A DNA stretch of 64,000 nt, from positions 32,001-96,000 of the IMG/VR virus record IMGVR_UViG_3300035158_000293. One strand, 5' to 3'. Source of the DNA: a virus. Of this stretch, positions 36,933-45,507 are shown piece by piece. A program made the position numbers and the translations under genes. The notes beneath the pieces are model-generated. The model was not told the origin of the DNA, ran no database searches, and worked only from the letters and a program-made list of their open reading frames with translations. The stretch's first letter is position 1, and each line of letters starts with the position of its first letter.

Positions 36933-37403
36933 TTTTCAATCCGCGCACATGTGCGAGTGTTACTGTTGGTGCGAGTGTTGGATTTGAACCCTTCACAGTT
37001 TTCAATCCGCGCACATGTGCGAGTGTTACCTCACCCATGCGATGGGCTGTGGCAGAATGTTTTCAATCCGCGCACATGTGCGAGTGTTACCCGGTATGAT
37101 CCGTCTCTCCCTTTCAATCCGCGCACATGTGCGAGTGTTGCTGTGATAAACTATCGGTCTGATCCTGTCTTTCAATCCGCGCACATGTGCGAGTGTTACC
37201 ACCTGACCGCTTTTCCTTTTTTCAATCCGCGCACATGTGCGAGTGTTACCAATGGACGCTCATCCAGCTTGCAGTTTTTCAATCCGCGCACATGTCCAAG
37301 CGTTACTTTATTTTCAATCCGCGCACATGTACGAGTGTTGTCATGTCCTCCATGATCGGCTCAACTTTGTGTCTTTCAATCCGCGCACATGTGCGAGTGT
37401 TAC
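36933..37403 (-). CRISPR. Type I-C-like array: 9 repeats (GTAACACTCGCACATGTGCGCGGATTGAAA), 8 irregular spacers
   Basis: 30-nt cores start (+) at 36934, 37000, 37061, 37112, 37170, 37220, 37277, 37312, 37374; GGATTGAAA 3' end typical of I-C; spacers in transcription order 32, 5, 27, 20, 28, 21, 31, 36 nt. Confidence 0.95.
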
Positions 37404-37825
37404 TGGCTTTCGGTAGTTTCCGTTTCGGCCTCCTTTCTGGCGATAGCTTCCTCTGCCTGCTGTCGATCATGGGCTTTTTGGTGGTAAAAACCGACGGCGA
37501 AAAGCGCCTGATCTTCCGGGCTTTGCTGTGTCGGGAACCGCTCTATTCGATTCATTACGTCTGTCACCCGCTGGTCAATCGCGTGGCCTGCCGCCACAAT
37601 CGCGGGGTTGCGTGATCTCTTGAGTTTCGCAATGTGGTAGCGAGCCTTCGGGTTCATCTCGGAAAAAGCTTGATCCGGTACGACCGCGGCGTTACGGAAA
37701 AACTGCTCGGCAACCGTCCGCTGTATCTTGAAAATGGCTTTGTACTGCAAAGTGTCGTAGATAGCCAGCAAACGCCCACACAGGTAGGCGGGGTGGTTAT
37801 TGTTGTGGTCCAATTGCGCTTCCAC
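37400..37825 (-). CDS. cas11: Cas11c small subunit from internal in-frame start in cas8c
   Basis: GAGGAGG SD (37831-37837) 5 nt before in-frame GTG, just ahead of LD..N.HPAYLCGRL, where I-C Cas11 is known to start. Confidence 0.75.
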   Translation of the reverse strand: MEAQLDHNNNHPAYLCGRLLAIYDTLQYKAIFKIQRTVAEQFFRNAAVVPDQAFSEMNPKARYHIAKLKRSRNPAIVAAGHAIDQRVTDVMNRIERFPTQQSPEDQALFAVGFYHQKAHDRQQAEEAIARKEAETETTESQ

Positions 37826-39244
37826 GTTGCCCTCCTCTAAATCATTCAAACATACCCGCAGAAGTGCAAGTTTCTGTGACGCCCTCTGCATAGGGTCAGT
37901 ACAAAAAATCCTTTCCAACAACCGTGAGAGCACTCGTCGGTCGAGCGGTTCGTTGAACAGCGCCCGCCACACCAAACTCTGCTGGATGTGGTCCTCTGGA
38001 CTTTTACCTTTTGTCGCCGCACCCTCCATTGCGGGGTCTGCAAGTGTTTTTTGTAGTTTCCACAATGCGGGCGCTCGAACAAAGCGTCCGCTGTAGGGGC
38101 TCTGAACTCGCACGTCGTGGAACCATTGCCACACGTTTTCGTATATCTCCCCTATGGTGTTGTCATCGTACCGCCGCACGATCATGCGGGACATGTTCGC
38201 TGTAACGGTAAGTGAGTGAAAGCGCAAATCCGTAACCTGTGGTAGTGGTTCCGATTCTGTTCCTGCACCAAAAACTTGACACAACGTCAAACCCTGCTTC
38301 GGAGCATCCAGAACAGCACTTACAATGTCCGGGTCGGGGTTGTTCACGAACTCCATCGGAGGGTGTAAAACAGGTTCGTCGGTCCAGCACAGTAGTGCCG
38401 CGCCCCGGATATTGTATCGCGTTCGCACCTCTTTCTCGGACCTGTACCGGAGCAGATCGTTCAACGCCATAACATACGCTTTGGATGCTCGTATGCTCAT
38501 CGGGCAGTTTTGATTTTGTTTCCATCCAAACGACTCGAACGCCGCACGATTAAACGATATGAGCGATACACCCGAAGGCATACCCCCGATATTGGTGCAA
38601 TGTTTGATTTTATCGTGCGTCCGCGACAACGGTCCATACTCCCCCGTCACAATACAGTATCCGTGCCCCGCGGAAGCGTGGCGTTCGAAAACACCCTCCT
38701 CGTAGTAATCTGCCCAATACTGTCGCAGGGCCTCACGCTCGACCACAGGTTCAGGTGAAGTGCTTCCGGGGATTGCGCAGTATAACGCCAACCGATTGTT
38801 GGCTACAACACCTCGTTCAACAGCTAACTCTCTGGCCTTTTTGACCACTTCGGGGTCCGCATAGAACGCCACACACGCCTTAACCGCTGGATCGTCGGTA
38901 ACGTCTGCGATTGTATTCCACAATTCAACCGAGGCAACGTGACGTTCGTTGTGATTTCGCTCTTTACCTTCCGGTGTCCATGCGGGGTCCGCCCCCAAAA
39001 TATACTGCACCGCGTCGCACCCCGGTAGTGGGTACAACCCGCCGGACCTGTGGTGCGGAGATTTGGGGGCTGAAAGGGTTGTTTGACCTTCCGGTGCAAT
39101 ATCTTCAAAAGGCATAATGTCCACAAGCCCGCCTTTTGCATCGAGAGCAACTACGAAGTGTACCAAACCCTCTTCAAACGCTGGGTTGTTCAACTCGTCA
39201 GACAGGTTGCTTTCCGCATAGGCACACAAAGCCTTCAAATACAT
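37400..39244 (-). CDS. cas8c: Type I-C Cas8c (Csd1)
   Basis: CIVTGE....RTHDKIK; SLISFNRAAFESFG..QN.N.P; AYVMALNDLL; AYLCGRLLA; FAVGFYHQ. Confidence 0.95.
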   Translation of the reverse strand: MYLKALCAYAESNLSDELNNPAFEEGLVHFVVALDAKGGLVDIMPFEDIAPEGQTTLSAPKSPHHRSGGLYPLPGCDAVQYILGADPAWTPEGKERNHNERHVASVELWNTIADVTDDPAVKACVAFYADPEVVKKARELAVERGVVANNRLALYCAIPGSTSPEPVVEREALRQYWADYYEEGVFERHASAGHGYCIVTGEYGPLSRTHDKIKHCTNIGGMPSGVSLISFNRAAFESFGWKQNQNCPMSIRASKAYVMALNDLLRYRSEKEVRTRYNIRGAALLCWTDEPVLHPPMEFVNNPDPDIVSAVLDAPKQGLTLCQVFGAGTESEPLPQVTDLRFHSLTVTANMSRMIVRRYDDNTIGEIYENVWQWFHDVRVQSPYSGRFVRAPALWKLQKTLADPAMEGAATKGKSPEDHIQQSLVWRALFNEPLDRRVLSRLLERIFCTDPMQRASQKLALLRVCLNDLEEGNVEAQLDHNNNHPAYLCGRLLAIYDTLQYKAIFKIQRTVAEQFFRNAAVVPDQAFSEMNPKARYHIAKLKRSRNPAIVAAGHAIDQRVTDVMNRIERFPTQQSPEDQALFAVGFYHQKAHDRQQAEEAIARKEAETETTESQ

Positions 39245-39945
39245 CGCAATTCCCCCCACGCCTTCCTGTCCAAAACCACGAAGGGGTCTGTATTGATGAC
39301 CCCATCACGCATGACCGCTCGGTAGAACACGGGCGTGTTGTGGCCGTTTTCCCTGTAGACGATGCCGTACAACATTGTCCCCAAATCCTTCGTGACAGGA
39401 ATGGGGGTGCCTTCATCGCCTGTCAGACACGTTATGTTTGCGGCATACTCTCGACATCCGAGGTACGGTTGGTGAAACTGTTGCCCCTCCCGTAAGCGAC
39501 GCAGGAACATCTCCTTGTATTTGGTCGGTCTGCTCTGTTTGTCCGCTCGATGAACCTTCGGATATGCCGTCACAATGTAGTCAACGTCCCGCAAGATTCG
39601 CCCTGTGCGGTTTGTTGTGTGCCTCGCTTGTCCCGCACCGCCCGGCTGTGGTCGGTAGGTGGAGGGGTCGCCCATCCACCGCTTTACCGTGCGCGGAGCA
39701 ACTTTATTGAGGAGTTCGTTCGTCGCAAAGCTCTGCCATTTGATGGGTTTCAACACCGCAATGCTGGTGATTATCCAAATGAATTCGGGCTTCCCGAGGA
39801 TAGCCCGCAGAGCACCGCGTAGTGCAGACGGTGTCGGCACCTCGTAGGATACTCGTTCAGCCTTCCCCTCGGGTCGTGTGAAACACGCCAAAGCCCCTCT
39901 GATCCTCACCGTTACGCTCGCGTGTTTTTGTCTTGTGGTAGTCAT
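39235..39945 (-). CDS. cas5: Type I-C Cas5 (Cas5d)
   Basis: G..ACFTRPE.K.ERVSYEVPTPSA.RG; LRDVDY; FHQPYLGCREY; DLGTMLY; start reassigned to ATG 39945 (AAGGGGG RBS). Confidence 0.96.
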   Translation of the reverse strand: MTTTRQKHASVTVRIRGALACFTRPEGKAERVSYEVPTPSALRGALRAILGKPEFIWIITSIAVLKPIKWQSFATNELLNKVAPRTVKRWMGDPSTYRPQPGGAGQARHTTNRTGRILRDVDYIVTAYPKVHRADKQSRPTKYKEMFLRRLREGQQFHQPYLGCREYAANITCLTGDEGTPIPVTKDLGTMLYGIVYRENGHNTPVFYRAVMRDGVINTDPFVVLDRKAWGELRCI

Positions 39946-39967
39946 GCACACCCCCTTTTTTATTTTT

Positions 39968-39996
39968 AGTTTACCCGGTGGAGCGAGTTTTGTCAA
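39968..39996 (-). promoter_or_regulatory. Sigma70-type promoter of the cas operon
   Basis: TTGACA-N17-TAAACT with T-rich upstream element. Confidence 0.8.
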
Positions 39997-40037
39997 GAAA
40001 AAGCAAGAAAAAAATTTAGGCGCACATGCAATCACGG

Positions 40038-40472
40038 TCAATAAGTGCGTTCCTGAAAGGTTTGGCGCATTCTATCTACGACAAATTGGATAACGTGCTC
40101 CATTAAAGAACGTATAACCAACTGTCCGTGCTCCTCCAACAGCTCTTTGGCGGCTTGTGACACAATTTCGCTACCCCAACTGCCAACGCTCGCACCCCCA
40201 CTCGTACCTTCGCTATCCAAGTACTCCTTAACAGCTTCCTTGAAGTAGTCTCGCACCTCTTCCTTGATCATTTCCCGTAAAAGTGAAGGCTTGCTCTCAC
40301 CGCCTTTTTTGCGGGGCTTGGTGAATTCTTCGATCTCTTGCTGGATTATCTGGTTCCGAGTGTCTTCGTCCATCGTTTCAACAAGGCTCTCGCGAATTGC
40401 TGCTTTCACACGAGAAGACCACACATCCGCAAGGTCTGGTTTAACATTGTAACCCATGACTACCTCCTTCAT
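40038..40472 (-). CDS. Hypothetical helical protein
   Basis: AGGAGG RBS near start. Confidence 0.6.
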   Translation of the reverse strand: MKEVVMGYNVKPDLADVWSSRVKAAIRESLVETMDEDTRNQIIQQEIEEFTKPRKKGGESKPSLLREMIKEEVRDYFKEAVKEYLDSEGTSGGASVGSWGSEIVSQAAKELLEEHGQLVIRSLMEHVIQFVVDRMRQTFQERTY

Positions 40473-40503
40473 GTTTGTTCCACAAAACGCGCACAGCCGT
40501 AGC

Positions 40504-40872
40504 TCACGTTGTTTTCTTGGGTCTTATGATGCGTTTCTTGCCCGGTCGTTTGCCGATGCGTTTTACGACCTTCTGTGGCTTTTTTGGTTTCTTCGGTTTC
40601 TTCGGTTTTCTAATCCGTTTTTTAGCGCGGTGAAGGTTATCGTACCGGTCAACGTGCAGTTTGCCGTCAGCATCTTTGACTTGGCAACATACCTTACTTT
40701 TGCCTGCACGCCCCACGAGGGTACCTGATCGTCTTACTACCTCCCCCGAGGCCCGGTCAAAAAACGTGAAGAGAACGCGGTCGCCCGGTCTAAAGCCGTG
40801 TGTATCAAAGGCTTCACCCGCCATTGTCTTCTCCATCGGCCTCTTGAGCACCCGACAACCGAGCCAACGCAA
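40504..40872 (-). CDS. Basic protein with Lys/Pro-rich tail
   Basis: FRPGDRV N-terminal motif; KPKKPKKPKKP; true start probably MAGEAF. Confidence 0.5.
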   Translation of the reverse strand: MRWLGCRVLKRPMEKTMAGEAFDTHGFRPGDRVLFTFFDRASGEVVRRSGTLVGRAGKSKVCCQVKDADGKLHVDRYDNLHRAKKRIRKPKKPKKPKKPQKVVKRIGKRPGKKRIIRPKKTT

Positions 40873-41080
40873 GGGTCAAGCTCCGCGCCGTGTAGCCCTC
40901 ATTCTCCACTACCACATGCGACAACGCATCCACCGCACTATCAACCGCATTTTCCAGCGCGACGGCATCCCCTGCCTCAACCAACGCCCGAAAGTGATCT
41001 GCGGTAACACCACAAAATACCCGTACCAGCGTCGTGTCACCGAGTTTGATCTCAGCATAAAGATCGGAAGAGTAGTCCAT
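40814..41080 (-). CDS. Hypothetical protein downstream of a strong promoter
   Basis: GGGGG RBS before MDYSSDL. Confidence 0.5.
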   Translation of the reverse strand: MDYSSDLYAEIKLGDTTLVRVFCGVTADHFRALVEAGDAVALENAVDSAVDALSHVVVENEGYTARSLTLALARLSGAQEADGEDNGG

Positions 41081-41158
41081 CTTGCTGCCCCCAGTCAGTT
41101 TAACCGGTTTGTCATGTCGCGATGCCATCACAGCCCCCTGAACAATGTGTGTTTCTTC

Positions 41159-41187
41159 ATTATACCTTACGAAGGCAGTTCTTGCAA
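41159..41187 (-). promoter_or_regulatory. Sigma70-type promoter
   Basis: TTGCAA-N17-TATAAT. Confidence 0.7.
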
Positions 41188-41403
41188 AGTTTTTTTCGCG
41201 TTTCTTCGCTCACAGGGAGAATCTTTCTTATTTTCCCTGTGAGATAACAGGTTGTAGTCACCCGATCCCCCACCCCCACTTCCTCTTCGGTTATGAGGTG
41301 GAGAACACCTTTATTACTGTAAGTGTAAAGACTTACGATTTTGTACCCTGTTAAATCCGTCTGTTGCGCTTCGTTGTCTGCTACACGTATTTTTGACATT
41401 GTG

Positions 41404-42675
41404 TCACACCCCCAAACGTACAAGCGGAATTCTTGCTCGTGCTTGTGCAATTTTTGCACTTCCCAAATCTTTCTCAATTAACACAAAGTCGTACTCCAAA
41501 CGCTGGGCCGCAAGTCCTGTTGTTCCTGAACCGGCAAACGGGTCCAAAAGCAAACCGCCCTCGGGAGGTTGTACGAGCTTACACAAATACTCCATGAGTG
41601 CAAGCGGCTTGACTGTTGGATGTTTGTTGACTACACGACCATCGTCTGTGCGTTCCTTTCGTGAGGCTTTCGCGCAGTAAAAGAACCGCGCAGCACTACC
41701 TTCGTCCCCGAACGTGTCCGTCGCGACCGTATCAGGCTTCCATTCCCCGTACACATTCTTTCCAGCACTCTCGGACATCTGCCTGCGCGTCCCTTTCTTC
41801 ATGAACCCGCTTTTTGTGTTCGGGAAGTGTTGTAGAACCTCAGCGCTCCCGTCGTGGATCAGGTTGGCGGGGAAGCGGCCTTTTTTGGAAGCACGCAACC
41901 CTCCTTGTGCAGTAGGATCACCCTTACCCACTAGCCCCATAAACTTATCCGACATAAAACCAGCGCCAGAGGCACCATCCTGCCTAACCCAACCCGGACC
42001 ATCCACTCTACATCCGTCTATGTTTAAGCCAGCTACACCATGCTCAAGTGCGTTTTGTGCGTATGTTCCATCGAGCGGTTTCATGCAAAGCCACCAACAT
42101 TCTACGGATGGCTTGAGTGCCGTCCCCCAGCCATCCCAAAGTTGGGCAGCGTGAGTGGCGGGGGCGGTGATGTCCAGCACGTTCTCGCCCTTTTGGTATT
42201 CCCCCGGACGATAGTTGTGATCTTTGGCGTTACTACGATTGAGGTGCTCTGTGCCACCACCTTTCCTTCGAACTTTAGCAATCACCTCCCGCTCCGCACC
42301 AGCGGCCTTGTCTAGTGCCTTTGAGATGTCATGGTTTTTGGGGAACCCCTGTCCTGTAACGTAGTAAACACAATCCCTTACAACAAAACCTGCGTCCTCT
42401 AATCCCATAGCGGTCCAATGGCTCGTGCGAGGGAGCGCCCAACACAGACAATGTGCGCCGGGTTTTAGAACCCGCAGGACTTCCCCCATAACAAGTGTCA
42501 ACCACTCAATCCATTTGTCCCTACCTCCTTTGTTTGAATCCCATTGCTTGCCCATGAATGAGATTCCGGCGGGAGGGTCGGTGACACATGCGGTGAATGT
42601 GTTGTCCGGGAGCCGCTTCAAGACATCCAAGCAGTCTCCGTTGACTACGGTGTTTTTTATGTCATGGAGAATCAT
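41404..42675 (-). CDS. DNA methyltransferase, N6A/N4C beta class
   Basis: VTDPPAG; GFPKNHD; GWGTALKP; HPTVKP; LDPFAGSGTTG. Confidence 0.92.
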   Translation of the reverse strand: MILHDIKNTVVNGDCLDVLKRLPDNTFTACVTDPPAGISFMGKQWDSNKGGRDKWIEWLTLVMGEVLRVLKPGAHCLCWALPRTSHWTAMGLEDAGFVVRDCVYYVTGQGFPKNHDISKALDKAAGAEREVIAKVRRKGGGTEHLNRSNAKDHNYRPGEYQKGENVLDITAPATHAAQLWDGWGTALKPSVECWWLCMKPLDGTYAQNALEHGVAGLNIDGCRVDGPGWVRQDGASGAGFMSDKFMGLVGKGDPTAQGGLRASKKGRFPANLIHDGSAEVLQHFPNTKSGFMKKGTRRQMSESAGKNVYGEWKPDTVATDTFGDEGSAARFFYCAKASRKERTDDGRVVNKHPTVKPLALMEYLCKLVQPPEGGLLLDPFAGSGTTGLAAQRLEYDFVLIEKDLGSAKIAQARARIPLVRLGV

Positions 42676-43187
42676 TCCGAACCCTCTTGTGTGCTTGGTA
42701 TCACCAGCTTTGCGTCAAGAGCCTCTAATTCTTGCAAGCATTGAACCACACGGCTCATTCGTTGGAGATTGTCCAACCCCGCGCTTGCATTCAAAATCTC
42801 AACACCCGCAGATGGGAGGAACCCAAGGACGAACTTGCTACACCCGACACACTTGTACGACCGCAGGAAACAGACCCTATCAGGTTTAGCTATCCCCTTG
42901 CTGATAGCCCATTGGTTTGTGGCCGTATGATAGCGGGATGCAACACCGTAGCGCTGCAACACTTCCTCGACCTTCCGTTGCATCTCAGGTTGTACAGCGC
43001 GGGGATGACCGCTGTCAGCCGAAACCTGATCAAGGTCAACTGGCCCCTCTGTATGTCCCTTTTCAGTCATGCCGCGCCTCCTGCCCGTGTTTTGATCCCG
43101 CTTTGTTGCCCCAACTCTCGTGCCAGTAACGCGCAACTGGCCATAGGGCCGCACGACACCGACCACCCTTGTACCTATAAAATACAA
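42672..43187 (-). CDS. Hypothetical protein
   Basis: Overlap packing; true start probably MTEKG after AGGAGG. Confidence 0.45.
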   Translation of the reverse strand: MYFIGTRVVGVVRPYGQLRVTGTRVGATKRDQNTGRRRGMTEKGHTEGPVDLDQVSADSGHPRAVQPEMQRKVEEVLQRYGVASRYHTATNQWAISKGIAKPDRVCFLRSYKCVGCSKFVLGFLPSAGVEILNASAGLDNLQRMSRVVQCLQELEALDAKLVIPSTQEGSE

Positions 43188-43407
43188 TCCAAAAGTGCGT
43201 ACCTACCTGCACAGCGTGTGGTAGGGACTCAAATCTGGCCTTGGCTATTTGACACACTACGCCGACCCCTTCAGGGCCTATAAATTCAACATACCAATCC
43301 GCCCCGTTTGCAGCCTCGCCCTTAACCTCTGCATCGTAAGATTCAACCACTTCGGTCAGGTGTTCGGGGTATTTCCACGCAAACTTCTCCTCACCTGCGT
43401 TTTTCAT
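43063..43407 (-). CDS. Hypothetical protein
   Basis: GAGGAGG RBS. Confidence 0.55.
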   Translation of the reverse strand: MKNAGEEKFAWKYPEHLTEVVESYDAEVKGEAANGADWYVEFIGPEGVGVVCQIAKARFESLPHAVQVGTHFWIVFYRYKGGRCRAALWPVARYWHESWGNKAGSKHGQEARHD

Positions 43408-43422
43408 ACGACCTCCTCGAGA

Positions 43423-43683
43423 CTAATCGTAAACAAGCTTTGGAATGCGCAGGCGTGTATCGGCTGGCCGTGTGGACATCTCTAACCGGAGAGTCGTAAG
43501 TTCCGCCTCTATTTGGCGTAACCTTTCCTCTATCCATTCATTGTTGGGTGTCCAGTCGGTGCGCTTGTAAAGCCTAACCTCCCGACAGTCACAAGAACCT
43601 ACGGGACACTTACCTTCCCGGTTCCATAGACATTCAGAACATTCGTGGTGAATGTCTTTGGCCAGTTTGTTGTGGTGAAACAT
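43423..43683 (-). CDS. Small Cys-rich protein
   Basis: GGAGGGAG RBS; CSEC...CP...CDC. Confidence 0.5.
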   Translation of the reverse strand: MFHHNKLAKDIHHECSECLWNREGKCPVGSCDCREVRLYKRTDWTPNNEWIEERLRQIEAELTTLRLEMSTRPADTRLRIPKLVYD

Positions 43684-43703
43684 CTCTCCCTCCCTACCGG
43701 GGG

Positions 43704-45507
43704 CTAACAGAAACGCACAAGCGGAACCTGCACTCTGTTCTGTGCCACGCGAGCGCTGTTCAACTCTTTCTCAATCAACACAAAGTCGCAACCCACACTA
43801 CGAGCCGCGAGCCCTGTTGTTCCTGAACCGGCAAACGGATCGAGGATAATCCCGCCAGTCGGCGTCCGTACCAATTTGCACAAATACTCCATAAGTGCAA
43901 GCGGCTTGACTGTTGGATGCTTGTTGACTACGCGGCCATTGTCTGTGCGCTCTTTTTTATTTACCTTGGCACAATAGAAGAACCGCGTTGTGTTCTGCGA
44001 ATGGTACGGGCACGGGTCCATGTCCTTCACCTTCTTGAACATGCCCTCGCTTTGCTGTTTAGTCAAAGGAGGATCACACGTACCGTCCGCTTCTCGCCAT
44101 GCACAGTTAGCGCACGAGGGTTCGACGTCGGGATCACATTGCTGGAAAAATCTTGATGCTCCACCCTTGTCGCCATGTTGGTTATGTGGACCGCCCTCAC
44201 CACGAATAAACCCTGTTATGCCATCACTACTGTAACCGCCAACCTTGCGCTTCATAGCACCTGATTGTGTGACACCACTCTGGTCGTCCAACAGACGTAC
44301 CGGGCAATCAGGGTGGCACTCCCACACCTCCACCGTTTCTTTGCCGTCAGCGTCGCCGTGACAAGGGCCACACGGTTCTTTTCCGCCTTTTTCGGCTCCC
44401 ACGTTGGCAAAGCCGCCCGGACGCTTTCCTGAGCCTCCTGCGCGTTTGTCACCTCTCACTTGTGTAGTCCCTCTGCAACGACACGCTGGGTGGTGTGTGA
44501 GAATTATGTTGGCTGGCCAACGACCTTGTTTGTGGGCTCCTGTCGGTATCGCGTTTGTCTCGGGACGATCTTCTCGACCTTCCGCCGTTCGCCACGCATT
44601 GAAATTACGACCGCCGCCCGGAACGGGTGATCCGGGGTTGATTCTACACCCGTCAATGTTCAGACCAGCTACACCATGCTCAAGCGCATTTTGAGCGTAT
44701 GTCCCATCGAGCGGTTTCATCGCCACAATCACGCTTTCCCATGCTGGTTTGAGTGCTGTCCCCCATCCGTCCCAAAGCTGGGCAGCGTCGGTGGAGGCTT
44801 CGTATACATTCCCGCTGTGTGCCAACCCGTAGATCGTCCCGTCGCCCCGTCTATCAGTCTTGACGCCTCTTCGTGTGAGGCGCAAGTCCTCTGCTCGAAC
44901 TCTGTCCCTCCACTTTGGCGACACTCCCAACCGATCAACAAGGATGTTGTATGCTTCAAGAGACGGAACACGAAAGCCGTGATCGGTTCTTTCCCAGTTG
45001 TCTGTCACATAACCGTACTGAGGGAACCACCCCTTCAATTCCCGGCGCGACACACCCGCTTGTTCGCGGCACATCCGTATTTCTTTAGCCAGCTCTTTTC
45101 TCGCTTGTAGGTGTAGAGCCGACCGACCTCCCGCCTTGTCAATCGCCTTCGCAATGTCATGGTTTTTGGGGAAGCTAACCAGAGCCATACAGCCACATAA
45201 TGCAATCGCGGATTTCGAAACCCGCATCTTCGATTGCACATGTCAGCCGATGGCTCGTTCTGGTCCCTCCGAAGGCCAGTAGATGTCCGCCGGGCTTGAG
45301 TACACGGAGAACCTCTTTCCAGTAAGTCTCCCCCGGCACGCCGTGATCCCAATCCTTACTCATAAAAAATAATCCATATGGCGGGTCTGTTACACAAGCA
45401 TCAATACAAGCGTCAGGAAGACGCTTCAAAACCTCCAAGCAATCTCCATTGACTACGGTATTCAAAACATCGTTAAAGCACACCGTTGACAACCTCCTAT
45501 CGGCCAC
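43704..45507 (-). pseudogene. Frameshifted beta-class DNA methyltransferase with internal HTH domain
   Basis: DPPY half (45175-45507) ends WLYGSG*; FPKNHD...HPTVKP...DPFAGSG half continues in another frame; 4 extra nt (TAGC, 45174-45177). Confidence 0.85.

Noticed and set aside
36897-37615. Plus-strand ORFs with repeated FSIRAHVRV / FNPRTCASV peptides
   Set aside because: They are translations of the CRISPR repeats, not proteins
35969-39996. CRISPR-associated transposon
   Set aside because: No tniQ/tnsABC-like genes or transposon ends recognised in the window
45175-45177. TAG stop-codon reassignment (alternative genetic code)
   Set aside because: Readthrough would not restore the frame; giant ORFs are uninterrupted in the standard code and cas7 ends at TAG at normal length
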